Of a stretch of 64,000 bases of DNA, positions 11,255 through 23,464 are shown piece by piece. Source of the DNA: Scyliorhinus canicula. Taxonomy: Eukaryota. Location: contig NC_052162.1 of assembly GCF_902713615.1 (NCBI RefSeq), positions 118,168,574 to 118,232,573 on the forward strand, in the 5' to 3' direction. Below the pieces are notes generated by a model. It saw nothing but the letters and a program-made list of their open reading frames with translations. It made no database searches and had not been told where the DNA came from. Position 1 is the first letter of the stretch. Every line of letters starts with the position of its first letter. Made by a program: the position numbers and the translations under genes.

Positions 11255-12586
11255 ATGCTCAATCAGCAGCGTCGCAGCATTCACGTTTATACAGTATTAA
11301 TTTCTGAAATAAAGATCTCGTCATATGTTAGAGCTTAACATGGCTTCTCTAGAAACCAACTATTTTCTAATACACCCGATCGGTAAAAGATAGCTATTTA
11401 GCGTAAATATTAAGCCCCAGTTTTAAATACCCATTTTCAATTAAGGATTTCAACACTTGTAACCTCAGGTCATCTCAAAACATATAGCTTCAACAGAACA
11501 GAGACACAATACAGCATGACACAGCATAATTCCATTATAGATTAAAACAGCACTTTTACTGAGCTCCATTGTTCTGACAAATACATTTGCAAGACAGTGT
11601 GACATTAAAACACAAGCTATACCAGATATCATTCCAAGGACAGGGCAGGCACCACAGCAACATTAAGGCACTAATGTCCACAATGTGGAAAATAGCGAAG
11701 TCAGCAGAAGTCTAGTTTAAACTGGTTGTGATAATAGCACAGAATCACATTCCATAACATACACAAGTATTCAGATATGAAACATTTAAAGCTAATGTTG
11801 CACATTGAAGATTGACAGCTAACCGTCAAATCAAACTAATTTGATTCTAACCTAAACCAATTGGGCTTACACAGGGATGTAGATAGATGGCTAAAGACTG
11901 ATATGATTTTGTATAACCGTGAGGGTCCATACGGCCATCTTTATTCATTAATCATCTATACTTTAATCTAAACTATTCGCTGTCTCTATATTTTCCCTTT
12001 TCCACTCTAACTCTTGAAGTAAATGCAAGCTGTTTTGCCGTAAGCAAGAAACCATTTCTATATTATTTGAAAGTTAAATTGTGTGCCAGTTGCTTCTCTT
12101 TAAGTCCTTTTTGCCAGCTGGACTTATTAGGAAATAAGATTTAAGTGATTCTCAATTGTAAACAAATAGAAGCAATAAACAATTCTTGTTTGCACCCGAG
12201 AAGGTTTAACTCAAATTTCTACTGACTTTTAGTGTTGCAAGTGCCACTAAATCCATATGGTAGATCTCTGCAGCTGGCATAGTTTGGCAAAAGGGGGTAG
12301 CCAGCCAGGAAGAAATCAGAAGACTGAAGAAAGACCAGAAGGACGGAAGACCCAAAGAAAAACGGCTAGATTGCGGTAAGAAATATATTTTTCACCCATT
12401 AAAAGTCTTAAAGCCACCTCAAGCAGTGCTTCGATCCCTAGAAAGGACCTTTTTACAGACTGTTAATTCAATCGGGTGCTGGTCGTTGAAACTAAAATAA
12501 AACGGGACTGAAAGAATAGTCTCGCTCGTGTACACAGATACACAAACATAGTTGGCGACCAAAAAATTGGATGTAAGGCTGAGTTT

Positions 12587-13971
12587 ATGGCGGACATGAC
12601 TCCTAAAATAGATTCAGGACCTTCAAATGGTAGAGAACTACTTCCCACAAAGTCCAAGGGAGGTCGCGCTGTACCGGATGTCTCTATTGACGATATATTT
12701 GGTGATCTTAGCTCTTTGATTTGTAGATAATTTGGACTGTCTGAAGTTGCAAGAAAGATTGAATCAAAATATGATATTCCCAAAGGACAGTGGTCCCTTG
12801 ATAATATCAAGACGGCAGGGGGAAAACCACACGCTTAAATAGAGGAAACCGTATGAAATGGTCTTTTGCAGCAATGGCACAGCTCCAAAAACATCAAGAG
12901 ACAATCGCAAAAACTAAATTCAATCATGACCTTAAGTTCACTAAAGACCAACTAGCAACAGTTGTTGGAGAATTACGAGATGCAAAATCTAAACTTGAAC
13001 AATGTGATCAGATTAAAACATTATTGGAAAATGAAACTTTTAAAGTTCAACCACAATCATTTCAAATTGATGAACTCCAAAAGAAAGATACTGACTCAGA
13101 ATCCAAACTTCAACAGTTAATATCAGAAAATGATGGTCTGAAAAGTCAAAATTGCCAGTTACTTGAGGAAAAATGTATTTTGGAAAGTGACATGGACACC
13201 ATGAAATGTCATAACAAATTACTGACAGACAAATTAACAGCTCAAAAGCCTTCAAATCTGTCTTTAATAAATCAGCTGAACTCTCCAAAGCAAACAGCGC
13301 CACCAACGGGAAGAGTTGAAATGATTTTAACTAAGGCCCAAGATATACCAGTGATATCTAAACCAAATCCTACATTATTGCAAGCTGCTACTGACATGAA
13401 AACAATGAATACACTGATCGAAGTTCCACAGGGGGAGTCTGGCAAAATGAACAATCTGCCAAGGACACTTTTACCCCAGAACGAACCGTTTTCTTACTCT
13501 GAAACCGACCATGAAATGCTGCTGGCTCCGATCCGAAAGCCTCTCATGGCAGCTTTAATAGGCTGTGAGATTTTTAAACAAGAAAAACCTGTTCGGTTAA
13601 GCAACGAGCCTCATGGCAAACAAAGTGTAATACAAATTAACCCATTAAGCACCAAACAGCTTGGAGTTGAAGTGATGAAGAAAAAAGCCTGGGTTTTAAA
13701 CCATTTAAAAGATCTATCAAAAACCCATTTTGTCACTGGTTTAAAACCAGAAGTGCCTGCAGCTTTAAACTTGATCCTACCCAGACCTCAGTCCGAAACC
13801 GCCTCTCCTCCTCCGTTACCGACAAATCTGTCCAGAAGAGATATGAAATTCATTTCTCGTGTTGAAGACGGCCATTTTGCGAGTTTCAGATTTCACGATT
13901 ACAAACTGGTCTCCTCCGATGAAGGCCTGCCTCCTGGCTACAGGGATATGCCCCAAGTCACGTATCGCTAA
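12587..13971 (+). pseudogene. Gag-like coiled-coil/proline-rich ORF of a putative endogenous retrovirus or LTR element (5' part disrupted)
   Basis: 372-aa open frame 12853-13971 with heptad coiled coil, PPPLP and PPGY. An upstream ATG at 12587 is followed by stops. Preceded by AATAAA, a PBS-like AGCCAGCCAGGA (12299-12310) and a CG|GTAAG donor. Confidence 0.4.
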
Positions 13972-14509
13972 AAGTTGCCAAGAACTGTTAATTTGGGAAA
14001 ACTGTCATTATTTTGAATGTTGCTTTATTAATTTTAAGAAACTAACAAATCTTGCCAGCTGTGTTTCCTTCAACAGAATCGACAAATTTATCTACAGAAA
14101 ACCAAGTTCATTGAGCACAAGATTGGTTCAGTCATATATTCAATGGGTTGTTGTGTTTGATATTTTAAAATAAATGTTTTAAATTAGCTTGAAAATTAAA
14201 ACTTCAGACAATGTGGAAGCTGTTTTAAGGAAATTAACTCTGATTAAAAGCAAATCCATGGGGAGAACACATCGTTCTAAGACACTTGAAAACGGGAATT
14301 TGGCAGCAATCCAACTTTTACTCCCAGTCCATTTGAGTGACATATATAAAAAACAATTAAAGATGCAAATGGCATCATTCCAAGTTATCCACCCACTATA
14401 CACCCATTTTTGTTTCTGCAGGAACATTAACCCTTTCAACAAGCTTTTGTGCATAATCCAGAAGATGTCAAAGACTTGACAACTCACATTGAATACAAAG
14501 TGAAAAAAT

Positions 14510-16690
14510 TTCTTTTTTTAATAAACGTTTTATTGAGGTATTTCTTTGGCATTTCAACAACAAAATCAACAATATACATAACAAGAAAAATATAAACATA
14601 GTGCAAATTCCACCTTCCTCTCCCACAGGTCTTGCTATTACTTACCCCCCTAACCTACGCGAACCTAACCCCCTCCCTCCCCTGACGATTAGTTCTCTGC
14701 GAGGAAATCGATGAATGGTTGCCACCTCCGGGCGAACACCAGCAGAGACCCTCTCATGGCGAACTTAATTTTCTCCAGGCAGAGAAAGCCAACCATGTCT
14801 GAAAGCCAGGTCTCTGATTTTGGGGGATTTGAGTCCCTCCATGCCAACAATATCTGCTTCCGGGCTACCAGGGAAGCAAAGGCCAGAACATCCGCCTCTC
14901 TCTCCTCCTGGATTCCCGGATCCTGCGACACCCCAAAAATCACCACCTCTGTACTCATTGCCACCCTCATATTTAATACTGTGGACATGGCATCTGCAAA
15001 CCCCTGCCAAAATCCCCTCAGTTTAGACATGCCCAGAACATATGGACATGATTCGCTGGCCCCCCGGCGCATTTCGCACACCTGTCCTCCACCCCATCCA
15101 GGCCACTGTCATGTGAGCCCGATGAACAACCTTCAATTGGATAAGGCCAAGCCTGGCACATGTTGCAGTACAATTGACCCTTCCTAATGCGTCCACCCAG
15201 AGGCCCTCCTCTATCTCACCCCCCAGCTCCTCCTCCCACTTTTGCTTCAGCTCCTCGGTTTGCATCTCCTCCGAACCCATACGCTCTTTATATGTGTCTG
15301 AGACGCTCCCCTCCCCTATCCATCCTCTAGAGACCACCCTATCCTGAATCCACCTTAGTGGCAGGAGTGGGAAGGTTGGTACCTGCTTCCGCAAAAAGTC
15401 CCGTACCTGTAAATATCGGAAGTCATTTCCCCCGCCAATGCAAACTTCTCCTCCAGCCGCCCTCATACTCGGGAAGCTACCTCCAAGAACAAGTCCCCCG
15501 TCCTCTCAATCCCCTCTCTCCGCCAAATTCAGAACCCCCCGTCCGTCCACCCTGGGGAAAACCGATTGTTGTCGCAGATTGGGGACCACACCGATGCCCC
15601 CTCTGCTCCCACATGTCTCCTCCACTGCCCCCAGACTCTCAGAGCCGCCACCACCACTGGCCTGATGGAGTACCGCGCCGGCGGGAACGGAAGGGCGCCG
15701 TTACTAGCGCCCCCAGACTTGTGCCCTTAAATGAAGCCGCCTCCATGCGCACCCACACAGGCTCACCCCCACCACCCACCTCCTCACCATGGATAGTTTA
15801 GCCACCCAGTTGTAATTGCTGAAATTCGGCAGCCCCAGCCCACCATCCCCCCGACTCCGCTCGAGCATTGCCCTCTTCACTCGCGGGGGCTTGCCCTCCC
15901 ACACAAAGCCCACGATAATCTTAATGATCCGCTTATAAAAGGATGAAGATGGGGAGGCACTGGAAAACAAAAAGGAACCATCGGGAGGACCATCATTTTT
16001 ACCGACCACCCTACCCACCAGAGACAACGTGAGCGTGTCCCATCTCCGGAAATCCTCCTTCATCCGGTCCACCAACCGTGCCAGGTTCAATTTGTGTAGC
16101 CTGTCCCAATCCCTCGCCACTTGAATACCCAAGTACCTAAAACTGTCCCCTACCACTCTAAATGGGAGTTCCCCCAGTCGCCTGCCTGACCTCCTGCCTG
16201 AACCACAAACAACTCGCTCTTCCCCATATTAAGCTTGTACCCCGAAAACAGGCCGAATTCCCCTAAGATTCCCATAATTTCCTCCATCCCCTCCATTGGG
16301 TCTGAGACATACAGCAGTAGGTCATCCGCATACAGCGAGACTCTGTGCTCCCCCCCCCCCCCCCCCCCCCCCCCCCCCGATCAGCCCCTTCCAGCCGCTT
16401 GAGGCCCTCAGAGCAATTGCAAGTAGTTCTATCGCCAGCGCAAACAGCAGTGGGGCGAGGGGACATCCCGGTCTCGTCCCCCGGTGCAGCCTGAAATATT
16501 CTGAAGTCATCCTGTTTGTCAATACACTAGCTACCGGAGCCCGGTACAGCAACCTAACCCAGACAACAAAGCCCCTTTCAAACCCGAACTGCTCCAGCAC
16601 CTCCCATAAGTAATCCCACTCGACCCGGTCGAAGGCTTTTTCCGCGTCCATCGCAACCACCGCTTTAACTTCCCTACCTTCCGGGACTTG
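14510..16690 (-). mobile_element. L1-clade LINE ORF2 3' fragment, degenerate
   Basis: MDAEKAFDRVEWDYLW, FRYLGIQVARDW and RRWQPFIDFLAEN; poly(A) end; homologous to the L1 at 49773-55607. Confidence 0.9.
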
Positions 16691-17324
16691 AGGGAGGGAA
16701 CGGGAGTGTCCGTAGGAAACCGACACAGACTCAGGGGAACATGCAGACTCCGCACAGACAGTAACCCAAGCGGGAATCGAACCCTGTTGAACAGGGCTGG
16801 TTTCAGCAGACATTGTGTCCCAGGAGCAGGTAGGGTTTGTACTGCTGGGGTAGAGATTGTGAGGGGTTTGATGGGGGTGTCTGGGGCATAACTTTGGGAG
16901 TTGGGGTGATTGCAGAGGGTTAAAGACAGATCGGTGACAGAGATGGGAAGGTGGTGGGGATGTGTGGTGGTGATCATCAAAAAGGGGTCAGTGATTGAGA
17001 AAGGAGGGTCAGTGATCATGTAGGTAGGGGTGGTCATACCATGGGAGCTTCCTGCTAAGGAGGTTCTGTTGCGGCAGGGGCCCAGTCACAAGGTGAGAGA
17101 AACAGGTTATCTGGGGGTTTGGGAGAAAGCACTCCGGCTCCTCAAGGCCCATGAGGTGTACTGGAAGGGCAAAGCAGTCCTCGCCTACTTTTAGCTGGTG
17201 GCTTTTCAAGGCCCGATAAACTTATTTGGCCAAGTTTAAATTTTAAATGGAGCCAGAATATGAGTCTGCAGCCTCATTAATAAATAAAAATGAGTAACTC
17301 ACCTCCTAGAACAGATTGGTTAAC

Positions 17325-17535
17325 TTTCACAGAGTTAAAGAGTCATAATCGCACAGCAAGAAGTTATTCAGCCCATCAAATCCTTGCTGGGTCTTTGTGG
17401 AACAATCCAATAAGTCCCAATGTTCCCTTAAATACTGATCCAAAATCCTGTTGAAGTTATTTGTTGTTTCCACTTCTGCCGCATTGCTGAGCAGAGAGTT
17501 CCAGGTCATTATGACTCGTTGTGAAAAAAAAGGTT
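17325..17535 (-). mobile_element. CR1 3'-end fragment
   Basis: FFSQRVIMTWNSL..FNRILDQYL, a typical CR1 ORF2 C-terminus. Confidence 0.6.
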
Positions 17536-19617
17536 CTTCCTCACATCCCACCCGCCGATAGATTTTGCCTTGAGGGCAGAATTTTGCTGTCCAAAACGTG
17601 GTGAGAACAGAGGATGCATCTATTAAAACCGAAAATGGGTATATTTGAGGTGGTTTGGTTTGGGTTTGAGATATTTTAAATTTCCACATCCCACTCAACC
17701 CAGACCCATCCATTTGTTTTTTTTAAGATAAAATTTGCCTCAAAAGATTTGATTGCCATTTGTCTGCTATGGCTGACCTTAACTTCTTTTTCACAATAGC
17801 ATTGCTAATAGCGCCTTCTGCAATGGTAGTTGTTATTGCAATTAAACATCAAATCAAACACAGGACATAAATAAGTTTAAAACTTTGAGTTAACTGACCT
17901 GCCCGAAAAGCTTGATAAACTCTTATTCAATCCATCTTTAGCCTGATACATCAATATCTGCAGCACATTGTCCATTTTGCACAATTAGATGGACAATCTC
18001 CAACTTTTGTGACCTACTTTGGGAAGTAGGTCTTTGAAGATGTATAGCTCTTGAGCAATCATAGAAAAGTTAAGGTTGTAATGATTACACAAGACATGGA
18101 CATCAGACTCAATGACTGTCTTTTCATTTCTTGACAGACATATATTAGGGTACAAACTTTCAAGTTAGGTCACAATATACAAAATCTGATAAGATCGAGC
18201 TTGTTTGTTGACTTCCCCGACTTAAATGCTCTCTTTTCCATGCATTTGTGAATCTTTGCTGTCGGTGTCTTCATCAGCCTGCATTGGTTCCTCATTGTCG
18301 GATCCAATAAGATTATGGGCAACTCCCTGAGACTGACAAGAAGCATTGCTGTTGTGATCACAGTTATATGCTAGTGCAGCTTCTTGCTTGATAACATTGC
18401 TAAGAGCTCAAAGTTATGCCAGTAAGACTCAAACTGCTACAAATGTTGCTGCTGCTGGTTGTAAAACTGAAAATGACAACACTTTGAGTTTGTCACATCT
18501 GAATGCTTGGAGATTTTCAATGGGTTATCATCGTTTTTAATTTGGTTTTAAAAGGCACTTGCCGAATGGTTTTTCCAAAACCATTTATCACAAGGAGGTA
18601 AATTCCATATGCTCTTTCAAATTTTGGTTAAACATGCTGAGCACTGATATTTGAGTCGTGTTTCGCCGGGTTGTTAATGAGGTCAGGGATTTTAAATAGC
18701 CGGGTGTCAAACATTGGGGAGGTTTGATGCTCTTGTTGTCCCACACCTGCATAAAACCCATTCGCAAGTAACCATGTTTCTCATCCATGATGTTTGGCTG
18801 TTGGGTACAAGGGAATGGTTCCAGGGATGACATAGCCTTGTACCTCAACGTGCCAGGTCAAGGGCTAGCTCTGAAACTGGTGATGCTCTGCCCGATGGTA
18901 CAATATCTAACTTTCCGGCACATGTTATGTCATTCTGGGGGAGGGTAGAGTTGAGTGGCCAGATGTGTATTCTCTGGGGAATGCCGACCACAGTTGTGCC
19001 TATTTACTGATGTGTAAGGGTTGTCTTCTGGGTGGCCAGAAGGGCAATAAACAACTACTAATGGCTCTTGCATGTTGAAACCAGACAGAAGAGACTGTGT
19101 CATGCTGGAGCCCAGGACCCAATAAGCAGCAGTCTAAACACTCACGACTTTTAGTATAACTCAGACATCTGACACCAAGAGTTCTATAGAGATATCCTGA
19201 AGTAACTGTACGCTTCATTGTAGATCAGTTCTGTAAACTACACAAATATAGGCAATGGACTCATGCACCACCCACAAGATCCAGCAGGTTGTCTGTCACA
19301 TAATCTAATGACTTTGGGAAACATTATTTGCACTCTGCAGCTGAGCAAAGGTGCCAGTCCAGGCTCCTACTTATTCTCTGCCGCCACCACCATCTAGTTC
19401 TCTCATTCATGTTCCGTGCAAAGCCCAGTGCATCATCCTCAAACTGACTTTGGGGATGGATGTAAATCCGCTGGTGATAGAGAAGGAGTGAATGATACAG
19501 GGTGCTGTGAGGTGCGATCATTAATTTTGGGGTTCACTGTAATAGCTTAAAAAGAGGAAGACATGTTTGCATGATAACTGCAACAAAACACTTTCAAACT
19601 AATGCTCCATAGCTAAT

Positions 19618-20935
19618 TACATGGCAATAGGAGTGTGTGTGTGTGTGTGACATGGCAATGGGTGTGTGTGTGTGTGACATGGCAATGGGAGTGTGTGTGT
19701 GACATGGCAATGGGAGTGTGTGTGTGACATGGCAATGGGAGTGTGTGTGTGACATGGCAATGGGAGTGTGTGTGTGACATGGCAATGGGAGTGTGTGTGT
19801 GACATGGCAATGGGAGTGTGTGTGTGTGTGTGTGTGACATGGCAATGGGAGTGTGTGTGTGTGTGTGTGTGTGACATGGCAATGGGAGTGTGTGTGTGAC
19901 ATGGCAATGGGGGTGTGTGTGTGTGTGTGACATGGCAATGGGAGTGTGTGTGTGTGTGTGACATGGCAATGGGAGTGTGTGTGTGACATGGCAATGGGAA
20001 TGTGTGTGTGTGTGTGTGTGACATGGCAATGGGAGTGTGTGTGTGTGACATGGCAATGGGAATGTGTGTGTGTGTGTGTGTGACATGGCAATGGGAGTGT
20101 GTGTGTGACATGGCAATGGGAGTGTGTGTGTGTGTGTGTGACATGGCAATGGGAGTGTGTGTGTGACATGGCAATGGGAGTGTGTGTGTGACATGGCAAT
20201 GTGAGTGTGTGTGTGACATGGCAATGGGAGTGTGTGTGTGACATGGCAATGGGTGTGTGTGTGTGACATGGCAATGGGAGTGTGTGTGTGTGTGTGACAT
20301 GGCAATGGGAGTGTGTGTGTGACATGGCAATGGGAGTGTGTGTGTGACATGGCAATGGGTGTGTGTGTGTGTGACATGGCAATGGGAGTGTGTGTGTGTG
20401 TGTGACATGGCAATGGGAGTGTGTGTGTGACATGGCAATGGGAGTGTGTGTGTGACATGGCAATGGGTGTGTGTGTGTGTGACATGGCAATGGGAGTGTG
20501 TGTGTGTGTGTGACATGGCAATGGGAGTGTGTGTGTGACATGGCAATGGGAGTGTGTGTGTGACATGGCAATGGGTGTGTGTGTGTGTGACATGGCAATG
20601 GGAGTGTGTGTGTGACATGGCAATGGGAGTGTGTGTGTGACATGGCAATGGGAGTGTGTGTGTGACATGGCAATGGGAGTGTGTGTGTGACATGGCAATG
20701 GGGGTGTGTGTGTGACATGGCAATAGGAGTGTGTGTGTGTGTGTGTGACATGGCAATGGGAGTGTGTGTGTGACATGGCAATGGGGGTGTGTGTGTGACA
20801 TGGCAATGGGAGTGTGTGTGTGACATGGCAATGGGAGTGAGTGTGTGTGTGACATGGCAATGGGAGTGTGTGTGTGACATGGCAATAGGAGTGTGTGTGT
20901 GTGTGTGACATGGCAATGGGAGTGTGTGTGTGTGT
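19618..20935. repeat. Compound minisatellite GACATGGCAATGGGA(GT)n
   Basis: Dozens of tandem units with a near-constant 15-mer and a variable GT run. Confidence 0.95.
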
Positions 20936-21774
20936 ACTTGTGTGTCTCTGATACACCAGGAAGGAGGCCATTCGGCCCATTGTGCCTGGGCAGGCTCCTT
21001 GAAAGACCGACTCATGTCCGACTGCCCTGATCCTTCCCAACAGTCATTTCTTTCCAACACAAGTATTTATCCAATTCCCCCCTCCTGAGATTTATTATTA
21101 AATCTGCTTCCACCACTCTTTCAGCCAATCCAGATCCATTTTTTCTTCATGTCACCTCTGATTCTTTTACCAAACACCTTCAGACGGGATAGTGAGTGGA
21201 ACAAGGAGAACAGGAATAGGATGATTCTGACCAGCAACGTGGGAAAGACGTTAAGCTTCACCCTGGCCGACTGCCTCTATTGATTTCAGGTGCAAGTCAA
21301 AGGGGAAGTTTGTCAGAATGGGGAGGGGGGAGACTGAAGGAAGGTGGGGAAACCACAAGAGAGGAGAGGGGAGGTAAAATAAAAGAAGAACACAGCTGAT
21401 CCAAAGGGGGGAGGAAGGCGGGGGGGGGGGGGGGGGGCGGGTGGACAACGGGGAAGGGGGAGGAACTATAGACCGATCCAGAGGGCAGCAAAATGTACAT
21501 CGGGTCAGTTACACGAAGGACAAAATAAACCTCTCTGTAAAATAAAGTAAATTAGCACGGGAAATAAAAATGTGATGAGTATATACAACTCTTTATAAAT
21601 ATGAGAAATGCCAATAAAAAGATTTTTTTTTAAAAGAATGGATTCAGACAGGGTTGTTTTCAGGCTTACCTTTTTTCATCCTGCAATGCATATCTTTTGT
21701 GGAATCTGAGTCATAAAGCTGAGGTATTGGATATTTGAGAAGCACAGAAGAATGAGATGCAAAATATCCACCCT

Positions 21775-22117
21775 ACACATCAGCCCGGAGTGCGATGGAA
21801 TACTCTCCACTTGCTTGGATGAGTGCTGCTCCATCAACACTCAAAAAGCTTGACACCATCTAGGACAAAGTAGTCCACTTGATTGGCACTTCATTCACCA
21901 CCTTGAATATTCGCTCCCTCTACAATCGACATACAGTTGGAGCGGTGTGTGCCACATACAAGATGCACTGCAGCAACTCGGCCAGGTTTCTTCAACAGCA
22001 TCTTCCAAACCCCCAACCTCTGCCACTTGGAAGGAAAAGGGCAGTAAATGCCTGGGGGCACCACTGCCTGCAAGTTCCCCTCCAAGCCACACACCATCCT
22101 GACTTGGAACTATATCG
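21775..22117 (+). mobile_element. CR1-superfamily LINE 3' fragment (same family as 5552-7537)
   Basis: GATGGAATACTCTCCACTTGC..CACCATCCTGACTTGGAACTATATCG matches the reverse complement of ~6330-6660. Confidence 0.75.
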
Positions 22118-22119
22118 CA

Positions 22120-22356
22120 AGACATCCCTCATCACAATGCAGAGAATCTTCTTGTCTGATGTTGCATTCCAGGTGTTTTTCACATCCAACAAACTCTTTC
22201 TTCCTCAGCAACCATATGCTGCTTTGTCCATTACCTCTTGTGGGAGGGTTTTTACAGTCCCAAAATAGGGAACCCTCCTTGACGATCTTTTTACAAAAAC
22301 ACCTCTAAATCATCATCAGACAATGAAGGTGCTCTGCATTGTGATGAGGTATGTCT
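22120..22356. repeat. Imperfect ~61-bp inverted repeat (MITE-like)
   Basis: 22120-22180 is the reverse complement of 22295-22356. Confidence 0.75.
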
Positions 22357-22619
22357 AGTTCTAATCCCGCCAAGAGATAGGAAATCCCCTTAAATACTAA
22401 CTACAGTCTTTAAAAGCTGTAACAGTCAATTATTTCCTATACCAGTGATCTCGACTAACAGTATGCTGTACATAATTAACATTGGAAGGGATTGGAAGGC
22501 CAATGGTGTGCAGCCTCGGCCACCGCAAAACACCCGCGGGGGGAGCAGAAAATCCCACCCACTGTGTCCATAGCTGGAAAATATAGATAGACACTGACCA
22601 CTCGGTCCCGAGTTACTGA

Positions 22620-22928
22620 CCATGATCCAATCATGGCCTCTGCCACCTCCGCCGAGGCCCGGTTGACGTCTGTGGGTGACAACCTCCTTCCCACTTCTGG
22701 GAACAGCGTGCCCCACCTCTCCTCCATGGCATCCAGTAAAAGCTTGAGCTCTGTATCCGTGAATCTCGGGGCCTGCTTTGGAATTGCACTAGTGCCAAGT
22801 GGTGGGAATGCTGTCACATTAGCATGTCCTAAATGGCTCCGGCAGTCACGCCCCCATCAGGACCGGGGAACCCCTCCCATTCAGTCCTGGTGTCTACACT
22901 TAGCCTCTCAAACAGAGAATTCTGCCCC
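22620..22928 (-). mobile_element. PIF/Harbinger-type remnant with a Myb/SANT-like N-terminus
   Basis: APRFTDTELKLLLDAMEERWGTLFP..AEVAEA; GGGCAGAATTCTC terminus on the minus strand. Confidence 0.5.
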
Positions 22929-23464
22929 TTGTTCTTTGCTTCCTGACTTGATTCTCTAAATTGGGGAATTGTGGTCCCTGTGACATCACACTGTCGGGTA
23001 TGATGCTATTGTGACAGAGTTCCGTGTTGTCACGGTACCCACCATGTTTGTTTACGTCATCCCGCATCACCCATTTCCATAGTTACCCAGTTTAACTCAC
23101 TGTTGACAGAATCTTTCCCATTGATTTGGTGTTCTACCTGCCAATTGCTCAGACAGAAAACGATTGCTAAGCGTGAACATTATACCCAGGCACTCAGAAC
23201 AATGATCGTGACTACGTGGATTATATATTGTTGGGCAAATGGTAAAATACATGGAGCAGTTCGCTCCGTTTCTGTCGCAAAAATTGATGAAGTGAATACT
23301 GTCGAAATTGAAGAAATTATCCCCGGTGGAGATCAGGCACAATATGTCAACGGTAAAAATACCTCAGCTGCTGTTGTGTCTGCAGAGGAGATCGAAGTTG
23401 GAACCAAATGAGGAGCTGTCGATAGCTGGGGATCCAGGTAGCTAGGAGCTGGGGGATCCAGCAT

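Larger units (their letters stand above)
8560..11350 (+). repeat. Segmental duplication copy 1 (paralog ~44740-46490)
   Basis: Colinear shared sequence, e.g. GTCATTGACA..CAATAGAGACA, the Deu-SINE and CATTGACTTTTCCAACTTCATG..TTTTATCCCCAAAGTGACC. Confidence 0.85.

Noticed and set aside
19594-21060. Three 420-490 aa His/Thr-rich ORFs, and a CRISPR-like repeat/spacer look
   Set aside because: Stop-free reading of a satellite. The spacers are just (GT)n, there are no cas genes and the context is eukaryotic.
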